A DNA stretch of 64,000 nucleotides, taken from contig DYIZ01000009.1 of assembly GCA_020723385.1 (NCBI GenBank), positions 3,676 to 67,675 of the forward strand, written 5' to 3'. This document shows, piece after piece, positions 53,258 through 63,900 of this stretch. Source of the stretch: Candidatus Aquidulcis sp. (GTDB lineage Bacteria > Chloroflexota > Anaerolineae > Anaerolineales > UBA4823). A program made the translations under genes and the position numbers. The notes beneath the pieces were generated by a model, which was given only the letters and a program-made list of their open reading frames with translations, was not told where the DNA came from and did not search any database. How positions within the stretch are numbered: position 1 is the first letter of the stretch; each line of letters opens with the position of its first letter.

Positions 53258-54289
53258 TCACAACAAACGCGGCTGCGCTCCCTCGTCGTACACGATCCCC
53301 AGGTGCTCGTAAGCCAGCTTCGTCGCCAGACGGCCCTGTGAGGTGCGCTCGAGGAAACCCAATTGCAGCAAATACGGCTCGACCACATCCATGATCGTGT
53401 CCGGCTCCTCGCTGATCGAGGCGGCGATCGTGCTCAGGCCCACCGGCCCGCCGCGATACTTCTCGATGATGGTGCGCAGCACCCGGTTGTCCATCTCGTC
53501 CAGCCCGAGCGGGTCTACGTTGAGCAGATCGAGCGCCTGCTGCGCCACCGGGCGATTGATCGCTCCATCGAAGCGCACCTGAGCGAAGTCGCGCACCCGC
53601 CGCAGGAGACGCAGCGCCACCCGTGGGGTGCCGCGACCCCGCCGGGCGATTTCGTCTATCCCCTCCGGGTCAATCGTCACCCCCAGGACGCCCGCCGCCC
53701 GTTTCACAATCGCCCGCATGGCCTCGATATCGTAGAAATCCAGGCGGTACACAGCCCCGAAGCGGGCGCGCAGCGGCGCTGTGAGCAGCGCCAGCCGGGT
53801 AGTCGCCCCGGTCACGGTGAAGTGCGGCAGCTTGAGCCGGATGGATCGCGCCGACGGTCCCTTGCCGATGATGATGTCCAAGGCGAAATCCTCCATCGCC
53901 GGGTAGAGCACTTCCTCGATGGCGCGCCCCAACCGGTGGACTTCGTCAATGAAAAGCACATCGCCCGCCCGCAGGTTGGTGAGAATCGCCGCCAGATCGC
54001 CAGCTTTTTCGATAGCCGGCCCGGAGGTGACTTTGATGTTGACCCCCATCTCGTTGGCGAGCACGTGCGCCAGAGTCGTTTTTCCAAGGCCCGGCGGCCC
54101 ATAAAACAGCACGTGATCGAGCGCCTCGCCGCGCTGGCGGGCTGCGGCGATGAGGATCGCCAGGTTCTCTTTGACGCGATCCTGCCCGATGAGGTCTGCC
54201 AGCATGCGCGGGCGCAGGGATGTGTCTTGCCGATCTTCTTGTTGCGGTTGGGGGTTGACGAGACGGGGGGGGGGGGGGACGTCAGTCAT
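53258..54289 (-). CDS. ruvB: Holliday junction branch migration helicase RuvB
   Basis: [52 protein letters not shown]. Start trimmed to ATG 54289; the longer track start is encoded by a repeat element. Confidence 0.9.
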   Translation of the reverse strand: MTDVPPPPRLVNPQPQQEDRQDTSLRPRMLADLIGQDRVKENLAILIAAARQRGEALDHVLFYGPPGLGKTTLAHVLANEMGVNIKVTSGPAIEKAGDLAAILTNLRAGDVLFIDEVHRLGRAIEEVLYPAMEDFALDIIIGKGPSARSIRLKLPHFTVTGATTRLALLTAPLRARFGAVYRLDFYDIEAMRAIVKRAAGVLGVTIDPEGIDEIARRGRGTPRVALRLLRRVRDFAQVRFDGAINRPVAQQALDLLNVDPLGLDEMDNRVLRTIIEKYRGGPVGLSTIAASISEEPDTIMDVVEPYLLQLGFLERTSQGRLATKLAYEHLGIVYDEGAQPRLL

Positions 54290-54311
54290 AAAAAGGATTA
54301 TAACGCGGGTT

Positions 54312-54384
54312 GCGTAAAACGTAGTGCGAAAAACGTGAAACGTAGACCGTAAATCGGGATACATTACGCTTTACGTTTTACTCG
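54312..54384. repeat. Degenerate member of the CGTAAAACGTA hairpin family, in the ruvB/upp divergent spacer
   Basis: GCGTAAAACGTAGTGCGAAAAACGTGAAACGTAGACCGTAAATCG (54312-54356) faces ATTACGCTTTACGTTTTACTCG (54363-54384). It shares the unit with 24294-24368. Confidence 0.65.
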
Positions 54385-54436
54385 TCTGGGCTATAATAAT
54401 CACAATCCCCCTGGCGCTATTCTATGGAGACCCCTA

Positions 54437-55063
54437 ATGCCCAACCTATTCCCTTCACCTCATCCGCTAGTTGCCCACAAACTCAGCCGCCTGCGCGACA
54501 AAGCCACCGATCCCAAGAAATTCCGCGAGCTGGTGCGCGAGATCGCTGCACTGATTACCTATGAAGCCACTGCCGATCTGTTGCTTTCGCCACGCCTGGT
54601 GGAGACACCCCTGATCAACACCCAGGGTTTTGAGCTTCAGGAAAAAATTGGCCTTGTGCCGATCTTGCGCGCCGGTCTGGGTATGGTCGAAGGTGTCTGG
54701 AACCTGATGCCTTCCGCAGAAGTGTGGCACATTGGCCTGTATCGCGACGAGCGCACCCTCAAGCCGGTTCAATACTACAACAAATTGCCCGTCGCGCCGA
54801 CCGTCACTGTTTGCCTGGTGCTCGATCCCATGCTGGCGACCGGCGGTTCCGCCGTAGCGACTGTGGACATCCTCAAAAAGTGGGGCGTGACCAAGATCAA
54901 ATTCGTCGGGCTGATCGGCGCGCCGGAGGGTATTCACGCCCTGCAGGCCGCCCACCCCGATGTGCCGATTCACCTGGCGGCGGTAGACGACCATCTCAAC
55001 GAGCGCGGCTACATCGTGCCCGGGCTGGGCGATGCGGGCGACCGCCAGTTTGGGACGGGATAG
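54437..55063 (+). CDS. upp: Uracil phosphoribosyltransferase
   Basis: [25 protein letters not shown]…ILRAGLGM…[11 protein letters not shown]…[12 protein letters not shown]. Confidence 0.92.
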   Translation: MPNLFPSPHPLVAHKLSRLRDKATDPKKFRELVREIAALITYEATADLLLSPRLVETPLINTQGFELQEKIGLVPILRAGLGMVEGVWNLMPSAEVWHIGLYRDERTLKPVQYYNKLPVAPTVTVCLVLDPMLATGGSAVATVDILKKWGVTKIKFVGLIGAPEGIHALQAAHPDVPIHLAAVDDHLNERGYIVPGLGDAGDRQFGTG

Positions 55064-55113
55064 AGGTTGCAAGTAGCAGGTTGCAGGTTGAAAGTTTAAA
55101 ATCTTTGGCGGCT

Positions 55114-55139
55114 CCCCTCTCCCAGAATTGGGAGAGGGG
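55114..55139. repeat. REP-like GC hairpin (CCCCTCTCCCA-GAAT-TGGGAGAGGGG)
   Basis: 11-bp perfect stem about 50 nt after the upp stop. It is preceded by AGGTTGCA tandem units (55064-55092) and followed by a G-rich tail. Confidence 0.7.
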
Positions 55140-55254
55140 CCGGTAGAGAACACCGGGGCCGGGGGTGAGGGCGGAAATGCTGTTTAGAAAGACCGATATT
55201 CCTCGGAATAATTGCCGGTTTGCCACGACTCATTGAGTGAAAAGGAGGGCCACA

Positions 55255-57837
55255 ATGTTCAGAAAACGACGCAATCCAATCATCACAATCGTCGTATTGT
55301 TTGCCATTTTGAGTAATTCCACCCCGGTCAACCCGATAGTCGCTGCACCGAATAATTATCCTTATACTCGAACGCCGAGCGATAATTCGACCGCGTACCT
55401 GCCAATAATCAGGAAACCTCAGCAAGTGACTCTCCATTTTTGGGAGCAAGAAGACGATATAGCTGATGCTTTATTAGATGATTTAATCCATGATTTTGAG
55501 TTGACTCATCCCAACACCGTCATAAAACGGATCCATTTCACAAATGATGATCTGCTTCAGCAATTTGAATCGGCTTCGTTGTTGGAATCGCCCCCAGAAG
55601 TTGTACGTGTTCCCAACGATTTTACGGACAATTTCGTTGAACCGGGATTCCTGGCCGAAATTGGGGAAATCATTGAGCCATCCTATTTCGACGATTTCAT
55701 TGCGGGTTCGCTCGAGGCGGTAACCATCAGTCAAACGATTTGGGGACTCCCGGATAACTATGGCAATCACTTGATGCTGTTTTACAACAAAGACCTGATT
55801 CCCACCCCTCCTCTCACCTTCGATGAATTGATCACCCAAGCTCTGACGCTGACAACCGGTGATATCCAGGGTTTTGCCTACAACCTGAACGAACCCTCTT
55901 GGGGCGCTGGTTTTTGGGGAGCCTTTGGAGGCTGGCCGCTGGATGAATACGACCAGCCTCAGTTCGATCAAACCTTCGTTGATTACCTGATCTTCGTCAA
56001 GTCGCTCAAGGACAATGGGGTTGTGTCGTCGGAGTGTGATTTCACTTGCGCCGATTTCCTCTTCAGAAGCGGCCAGATGGCCATGATTATCAACGGAGAA
56101 TGGACATTGGGAGATTACTATCTGATTTTGAGAGATAAACTGGGTACAGCCCCGGTACCCCCAATCAATGGACACACCTACACGGAAATGACATCTGGTA
56201 AATATTATATGGTCGCCGCTCCGGTGCAAGACGATCCTGTCAAAAAAGCCGCGGTAGCTGAATTCATCCTTTACATGACCTCTTCCCAGGCGCAGCAACG
56301 ATGGCTCGAAACGTTTGGGAGACTGCCGTCCAATAAATCTGTCGCTAACGATCCCTTGATAACCAGCGATCCTCTCCTGGCAGGCTCGATGGCTGCCCTG
56401 GCAAATGGGCGTGGATACCCGCCTGCGAAAGAGATGATCTGCGCCTTGAACGCCTGGCGTCCCAATCTTGAAGGTGTGATGCAGGGCACTCTCTCCCCAG
56501 AAGAGGCAGCTCAGGCTGCACAATTATATGTGGACATGTGCGATGATGTGCCTGTGACCCTTGCTTTTTGGGAGCAAGAAAGCGATGAAGTTGATGATTT
56601 TATAGACGACTTGATTGCCGAATTCGAAGTAATACATCCCTTCATTACAGTAAGTCGAACCCATTATGCTAATGAAGATCTCCGTGATCAGTTTATGACT
56701 GCTTCGCTGGCGGAGGCTCCCCCAGAAGTTGTACGTGTTCCCAATGATTTTACTTATGATTTTGCTGAGCCAGGATTCTTGGCCGAGATGAGTGCAATTG
56801 TTGATCCCGTTTATTTCAACGAATTCTTTGCGGGTTCATTGGAGCCGGCAACTCTCGATCAAACGATCTGGGGCCTCCCGGATAACTATGGGAATCATTT
56901 GATGCTGTATTACAACAAGGATCTGATTGCCTCGCCGCCGCTGACCTTCGAAGAATTGATCACCCAGGCTCTGACCCTGACCGTTGGTGATATCCAGGGT
57001 TTTGCTTTTAACCTGAATGAGCCATTTTGGGGCGCTGGCTTTTGGGGCGCTTTTGGCGGTTGGCCGCTGGATGAATACGATCAGCCGCAGTTCGATAACC
57101 AAACCTTTGTTGATTACTTGACCTTCGTCAAATCGCTGAAGATCAACGGAGTCGTGCCGGAAGAATGTGACTACGCCTGCGCTGATACGCTTTTCAAAGA
57201 TGGTCAGGCGGCCATGATCATCAATGGCGATTGGGCGATGAAGGATTACGATCAAGCGTTAGGCGACAAGCTCGGCACAGCCCCAGTGCCCCCAATCAAT
57301 GGACATGCCTATACAGAAATGACCGCCGGTAAGTATTACATGGTTTCCTCACCCGTAATAGACGATCCGGATAAAAAAGCCGCGGTAGCCAAATTCGTCC
57401 TATTCATGACCTCCGCCCAGACGCAGCGACGATGGCTCGAAACGTTTGGAAAACTGCCATCCAATATATCTGTTGCCAACGACCCATTGATCACCGGCGA
57501 CCCGCTCCTGGCAGGCTCGATGGCTGCCCTGGCAAATGGGCGCGGAATGCCCCCCGCGAAAGAGATGCGCTGTGCCTGGAATGCCTGGCGTCCCAATCTG
57601 GAAGGTGTCATGCAGGGATCTCTCTCGCCCCAGGATGCAGCCCAGGCCGCACAAGAAGCCGCCGACGATTGTATCGCCACATTGTATCCGCACCCGACGA
57701 GCACCCCCATCCTGCCGAGGGGAACTAATTCGCCGACAACCGTATTGCCATATTGGGGCTTTGACCCATTTGTTCCGGAGTCCCCATTCACCCTCATTCG
57801 CGCCTTCGTGATCCATTCGTGGATGGTTGATCCTTGA
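55255..57837 (+). CDS. ABC transporter (CUT1-type) solute-binding protein with two tandem binding domains; no adjacent permease genes
   Basis: VTLHFWEQEDD… (nt 55426) recurs as VTLAFWEQESD… (nt 56554), a period of 1128 nt (376 aa), with clear collinear similarity throughout. The start is either ATG 55255 or 55237. Confidence 0.85.
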   Translation: MFRKRRNPIITIVVLFAILSNSTPVNPIVAAPNNYPYTRTPSDNSTAYLPIIRKPQQVTLHFWEQEDDIADALLDDLIHDFELTHPNTVIKRIHFTNDDLLQQFESASLLESPPEVVRVPNDFTDNFVEPGFLAEIGEIIEPSYFDDFIAGSLEAVTISQTIWGLPDNYGNHLMLFYNKDLIPTPPLTFDELITQALTLTTGDIQGFAYNLNEPSWGAGFWGAFGGWPLDEYDQPQFDQTFVDYLIFVKSLKDNGVVSSECDFTCADFLFRSGQMAMIINGEWTLGDYYLILRDKLGTAPVPPINGHTYTEMTSGKYYMVAAPVQDDPVKKAAVAEFILYMTSSQAQQRWLETFGRLPSNKSVANDPLITSDPLLAGSMAALANGRGYPPAKEMICALNAWRPNLEGVMQGTLSPEEAAQAAQLYVDMCDDVPVTLAFWEQESDEVDDFIDDLIAEFEVIHPFITVSRTHYANEDLRDQFMTASLAEAPPEVVRVPNDFTYDFAEPGFLAEMSAIVDPVYFNEFFAGSLEPATLDQTIWGLPDNYGNHLMLYYNKDLIASPPLTFEELITQALTLTVGDIQGFAFNLNEPFWGAGFWGAFGGWPLDEYDQPQFDNQTFVDYLTFVKSLKINGVVPEECDYACADTLFKDGQAAMIINGDWAMKDYDQALGDKLGTAPVPPINGHAYTEMTAGKYYMVSSPVIDDPDKKAAVAKFVLFMTSAQTQRRWLETFGKLPSNISVANDPLITGDPLLAGSMAALANGRGMPPAKEMRCAWNAWRPNLEGVMQGSLSPQDAAQAAQEAADDCIATLYPHPTSTPILPRGTNSPTTVLPYWGFDPFVPESPFTLIRAFVIHSWMVDP

Positions 57838-57935
57838 TTTTGCACTCATGTGCTTGCTCCTCCAATCAATCTCAGGTACACTGTCGTTAGCAGCGAGTCA
57901 GATACACATCTCCCGGTTTCACTGGAGACCGCCCC

Positions 57936-60900
57936 GTGGTCTGTCCGAAGTGCCAACACACTGAGTTCGACTCTCACGCGCCGTGCCCCAGGTGCGGCTT
58001 CAGCGGCGACGCGGCGCGGCTCGAACGCCTCTCGCAGCTAAACTTTTTGCTCGATGAGCTGGGCAAGTGGGGGGATGTGCCCGCCAGCGAGCGCGAAAAT
58101 CTTCGCCGGATTTATGGCCTGCAGCGGCGCAAGCTCGAAGTCGAGTTGAATCTGCGCCAGCCGCCCCTCGACCCGAAAGCGGCGGCAGAATCCCGGCTGA
58201 AACTCATTCAACTCACTGGTTTTCTGCAAGCCATCCCGCAATTCGTCAACGACCGGGTGCTGGCAGTTAATGTCGCCCAGGCGCTGCGCGATTATTTGTA
58301 CGCCGAGCGCCAAACCCTCGCCGACCAGCTCCTCGACGCGCCTCCCACCCCCGAGCCGATGGCCGGAATAGCTGCCCTGGCGCGCTTGAAATTCCGCCTC
58401 GAATCGCTCGAAAAGTTGCACAACGATGGCAAGCTGCTTGCATCCGATAAAACCTTTACCCGCATTCAGGCCGAACTGAATCGCGCCATAGGGCAGTACG
58501 AAGACTCCCTCGGCTTGCGCCACCGCCCCGCGCTTTCCCCCTCTCGCCCCTCGCCCCACCCTCCACCCTCCACCCTCCACCCTCCACAACCCTCACACTC
58601 CGCCCCTCGCCCCTCGGCCCCCGCGCCTCGCCCCCCGCGTCCCCCGCTCACCTTCGACCGCATCTGGCGCACGCTCCTCTCCGAGCGCACTCTCAACGTC
58701 ATGCTCTTCCTCGGCGTGGCGCTGCTCTTCGCCGCGGCTGTCTCGCTCGTCGTCTGGAACTGGCAGGCCTTCCCGCCCTGGCTGCAACTGACCTTCATCG
58801 CCCTGTTCACCGGCATTTTCTACGCCCTGGGTTGGTACGTGCGCACCCGCATGAAACTGCGCGGCTCCGGCCTGGCGCTGACCGCTGTGGCCTCGCTGCT
58901 CGTCCCGCTCGATTTCTACGTCGTTTATCTCTACGGCGATTTCCCCCGCGCCATCTGGCCAGATGTCTGGCTGCTGGCATCGGGCGTGTGCCTGGTTTTG
59001 TATTTGCTCACCGCGCTTTTCGTACAGGCTGAATTCTTCGGCTACCTGGTTGCGCTGGCTGGCGGGAGCGCCCTGGCTGCGGCTATGCAGGTAGGCGGGA
59101 TCAGCGCCGATGTGTGGCACGGCGTGCTGGGTGTGCTGGCCTTAGCGTATGCCTTCGCCGGGGAGGGATTGTTCTCGGCGCGCGGGCGCTGGCGGCTGCT
59201 GGCTGGGCCGTTGTGGCGTTCAGCGATGGCTGGCGCGGCGGTGCTGATGCTGTTGATGCTCGGACGTGGCTGGCAGACGGACGCCAGCGATGCGTTTTAC
59301 CTGGCATTGGCAGGGGATTGGTGGCTTGGTGGGATTATCTTCGCCCTGGGAGTGGCCCGCTTCCGCAGCCGGACGATTGCGTTGGCCGCCGCGATCAGCT
59401 TTCCCGCCGCAGCGCTGCTCACCCAGCGGGTAATCTTCTCCCATTGGGGCATCGAGACCGCCTGGAATGGCGTGGGCCTGGCGCTGCTGGCCCCCGTTTA
59501 CCAGTGGGTCGGGTGGAAGTTGATCGTGCCTGCCGTAAAACAACCCTCCGCGGGGAGTGATGAAAAACCGCCCGCCCCGGACGCAGCCCAATCGAAGGCG
59601 GCCGATTTCCGCCGCGCCTGCGGGCGGATTATTCTTGGGATGGGAATTTTAGTGATGGCGGTTGCCGCTGCCTGGTCGCTGGCCGACGCCAGCGCGGTGG
59701 GCGTGGTTCACCCCCTGTTGGCGGCGAGTGTTGCGCTGATTGCCGCGTTGTGGCGGCGTCCCTGGCTGACGCTGATCGCTAGTGGATTGCTGCTCTCCGG
59801 CTCGGCCGGTCTGACCTCCGCCCTGGGCGGGGCGCTGTCGCAATTGGGTCTGACCTGGTCGCTGCTGTCGGTTTTGCACGTGATCGCAGCGGTGAGGCTG
59901 GGGAGCGGAGGGCGAGGGGCGGAGGGCGAGGGCCGAAGGGCGAAGGCCGCCAGGCAGGCTGAGCGTAGTCGAAGCCCGCTGCTCCTCTCCGGCTGGATCA
60001 TCGCCGCGCTGGCGCTGCTGCCGCCATTGTTAATGCTCGACCGCCCGATCTCCACCAACGCCCTCGGTAACTGGATTTTGCTCAACGGCTGGCTGGCCTA
60101 CCTGTCGGCGAAAGAATCGCCCCGGCGCACGTCAGGCTGGCTCGATGCGCGCCTGTTCCAGTGGTTGTCGGCGCTGTCTATCCTGCCGTGGGTGTGGCTG
60201 CTGTGGGAGCGTTGGAAGCCTGCCGACAGCCAGTTGCCATTGGCTTATAGCGCGACCGCCTGGGCGCTGCTGGCGTTTGGGCTGTGGGCGCAGCGACGCG
60301 CTCATGCTTTCGGTTTGCCGTGGAAGGTTGCGGCGCACCTGGCAGCATTACTGGCGCTGGCGGTCAGCGTCGTCTATTACGATCCGCTCTGGCTGGCGAT
60401 CACATTCTTGCTGGCTTCGGCGTTCTATTTCGCGGCCGCGCCGCTGCTCCACGAGCGCTGGTGGCTAGCCGCCGGGGGAGCAACCTTCGCCGTGGGTTGG
60501 ATGGAAGGGTTGGACTGGCTGAAGCTGCCCGCCGATTTCCAAAGCCTGGCGCTGGCGGCCGTCGTATTGGCTTTCGTCGCGGCGGGCAGCCTGTTGCAGC
60601 GCCGCCGGGTTCATTCGAGGGAATTTTTCTGGCCGCTGTACCTTGCGGCGCTGGCTATCGGATTGGCGGCCTTCGGTTGGGGATTGATCAATATTCTCGA
60701 TACCGGAGGCAGCGACGCTGCGCTGACCTGGGCGGCGGTGGGGCAGTTGGTTTTGGCCGTCGCGGCAGGCTGGTACGCCTGGCTAACGGGAAGTGAGCAT
60801 TACGGGCATATCGCTGCCTGGCTGGGCGTGTTCGCCGGGGCGCTGCTTGCCTCTGCATACAGCCGCGGCAGCGGGCGCTCGGCGGCGCTGGCCGCGCTGA

Positions 60901-63900
60901 CTGCGGTGGTGTACGTGCTGGCGGAGCGGGGAATGTATTGGGTTGGGAGGGGCAGCAGGGGCAGACACGTAGGTCTGCCCATACGGGGGTGGCCCCTGCG
61001 GGGGTTGCCCCTGCGTGGGTGGGCGCGGCGGGCGTGGCGATTGTTCCGCCGCCCGCTGATCGTGGCGGGCTGGGCAGTATCCGTTGGCGCGATTGGGCTG
61101 TGCCTGCTGCGCAATCTCGTGCTGCTGCATGGCGGCCCGACGCGCGAAACCTGGGCTATTGTTGGGCTGACGTTGGTGACGGCGCTGTACGCAGTTTCGG
61201 CGGTGATGTATCGCAAGCAGAAGAAGATTGCCCCACGGTTCGTCTGGCTGGCGGCGGCGCTGATCTTCGCCCCATGGACGCTGCTCACTCACCAGGGGTT
61301 ATATTTTTGGCCGCGACCGGCTGCGCCCGATTACGCTATCAGTTGGATGATCCTGGCGCTGCTGGAAATTGGCCTGGGGGCGGGATTATCTGCCGTGTTG
61401 GGCGATCCCAACCGGCGTTGGACTCGCCCGCTGTGGGCGATCCCCCATCTCTTGACGCCGTTCGCCCTGCTGTGGGGCATCGCCAGCCCGCAGGCATCGT
61501 CAGTCTCAGTGATGTTGGGGATCGTCTTTTATCTCATCGCGACGGCGCTGGATTACATCAATCGCCCATCGCCCGATGCGGCGCCGCGCGCCCGCTTCCT
61601 GTACCCGGCGGCGCTGCTCATCCCGCTGTGGGCGGTGTATCTGCTGGCTCGATACGTTCCCGACGCGCCGCAGACGACTTACGGCTGGCTGGTATTGGGC
61701 TTCACGCTGCCCATGCTCGTGGCGGGGGTGTGGCTGGCGGAGCGGGAAAAGGTTTTTCGCATTCCATTTTACGCCGCGGCTTATCTCTCGATGCTGGTTG
61801 GCACGGCGCTGCTGGCCCACGACCGCCCGGCGCTGATCGGGGCGCTGCTGTTCGATGTGCTGGTGGCGCTGGTATCGGCCTGGCAGTTCCGCGAGAGCCT
61901 TTGGCTATATCTGGTCTGCGCCGAGCTGCCCGCTGCGCTGCTGCTGGCCTCGCTGGAAATCGGCATCCCGGTTGACCGGCAAGGTTGGGTGGCGATTGCC
62001 ATCGCGGGCGTATATTTGCTGGCGGCGCGGCTGCTTGGCAGAAACCTGACAGGTCTATCCCGCAGCCCGATCAAACCCGGTGACGCACAAAAGACAACAA
62101 CTGAAGCAGGTCTGAGTATCAAGAAAGACCTGTCAGGTCTTGACTTCATCTCCCCATTGCTCGTCACCGCCTTCGCGCTGACGGCGATCGGACTGCCGCT
62201 GTCCAGCCGCGACCGGGTGGGGGCGCTCGTCGGGTATGGGGCGGCGGCGGTGATCTACGCGCTGACCTCGGTCTGGCTGCGGCAGCCGCTGCTGCTCGCC
62301 CCGGCTATCGGACTGGCGGCTGTGCCGTATTGGGTGGGGGTGCTGGAATTGGGTGTGGCGCAGCGTGAGTATGGGCTGTCGGTCTGGCCGTTCATTGCGA
62401 TTGTGCTGCTGCTGGCCTATGGGATTGATTATTTGTCCCGGCCTGGTGGAGAACCCCCTCCCCAGCCATCCCCCATTTCGACTACGGAAATGGGGGGAAG
62501 CGGAGGGGGCCAGGGGTTCCCGTGGTATTCCCCGGAGCGGTGGCTTTCCGCGTTGTGGGATCGCATCAACGGTTGGTGGGCGCTGTATTTCTACGCGGCA
62601 GCCTACCTCGGCGCGGCGGCGAGTGTGGCGTTGTCGCTGGCTTACCCCGACCGGCAGCCGATCGCGCTGGCGCTGGCGGCAATCGTGTTCAGCCTGGCGC
62701 TGTGGCGCTTCCGGCTGCGCGGCTGGCTGCTGATTGCGGCGGGCGCGTGGCAGTTGTCGGTGTTGGCGGCTATCTACTGGTATTTTTGGGCGAACGAGAT
62801 GCCCCTCGGCTGGGCGACGACCGCCCTGGCCTTTTTGCCCGTCGTGTGGGTCACGGCGATCTGCGGGCTGGTGTTGCAGCGCCAATTGGGCGAGCCGTCT
62901 CCCCTGGGGCTGGGCGGGGCAGCGCTTTTCAAAGGCTGGTCGCGCCCGTTGTATCTGCTGGCGGCGGTGGATGTCGTTCTCACGCAGACCGGCGCATTCT
63001 CGTCGAGCGGCGATAGCGCCTGGGTGACGTTATCGAACGCGCTGTTGCTGGCGGCGCTGGCGACAGCCTGGGCGTCGCGACCTCTCGGCTGGCTGTCGGC
63101 GGGATTGGGGTTGCTCTCACTGATCCAGGGTTTAGCATGGGTGAAAGCCGACGAGACCATTTGGCCGTGGGCGCTGGCGCTGCTGGCATTGGGGTATGGC
63201 TCGGCGGGTTACGGACTGAAAGCGGCGCGGCAGATCCAGGCCAAAACCTGGATCCCGGCCTGGGTGGAGCCGCTGTCAGGAGTGTGGGAGCGCCCGCTGC
63301 GCCTGGGCGGTTGGTGGCTGTCGTTCGCCAGTCTGCTTCCGGCGTTGTTGAACGGCGCAATCGAAATCATCAAGGTTGTGGTATTGCGGAGCCTGCCCAA
63401 CGAATTCCTCGAGATGGCATCCATCCGGTCGAACATCCCTCAAGTTCAGATGACGGTAGCCGTCTTTGCCATTTTGGGCTTATTCTACCTCCTATCCGCT
63501 TTTGCCGACCGGCGGCGCTGGCTGGGGTATGGGGCGGTGGGATTGCTGCTGATGGCCTGGTCGCTGGAATTTTTGTTGGTGTGGGGCGAGCGCGATGTGC
63601 AGGTGTATGTTCTCCCGGCGGGGCTGTATCTTCTGGGGATCGGCTGGCTGGAGTGGCGCTTCGGCAGCCGCACGCTGGCGCGCTGGGTGGACTATGCCGC
63701 TCTGCTGCTCCTGCTCGGCCCGGCCTTCTACCAATCATTGGGCGATAACGGCTGGCGCTATGCGCTGGTGATGGGCGCAGCCGGTTTGTTCGTCATCTGG
63801 TGGGGCAGCGCCCGGCGGCTGCGGCGCTTCCTGTACGTGGGCGTCCTCGGGGTGACGCTGGACATCGCCGGGCAGCTCATCGAGCCACTGCTGTCGGTCA

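Noticed and set aside
58540-59976. Considered the C-rich tract (58540-58645) and the G-rich tract (59897-59976) as arms of one long-range hairpin
   Set aside because: They lie 1.3 kb apart inside a coding region and are only loosely complementary. It is more sensible to treat them as two opposite-orientation copies of one low-complexity repeat type.
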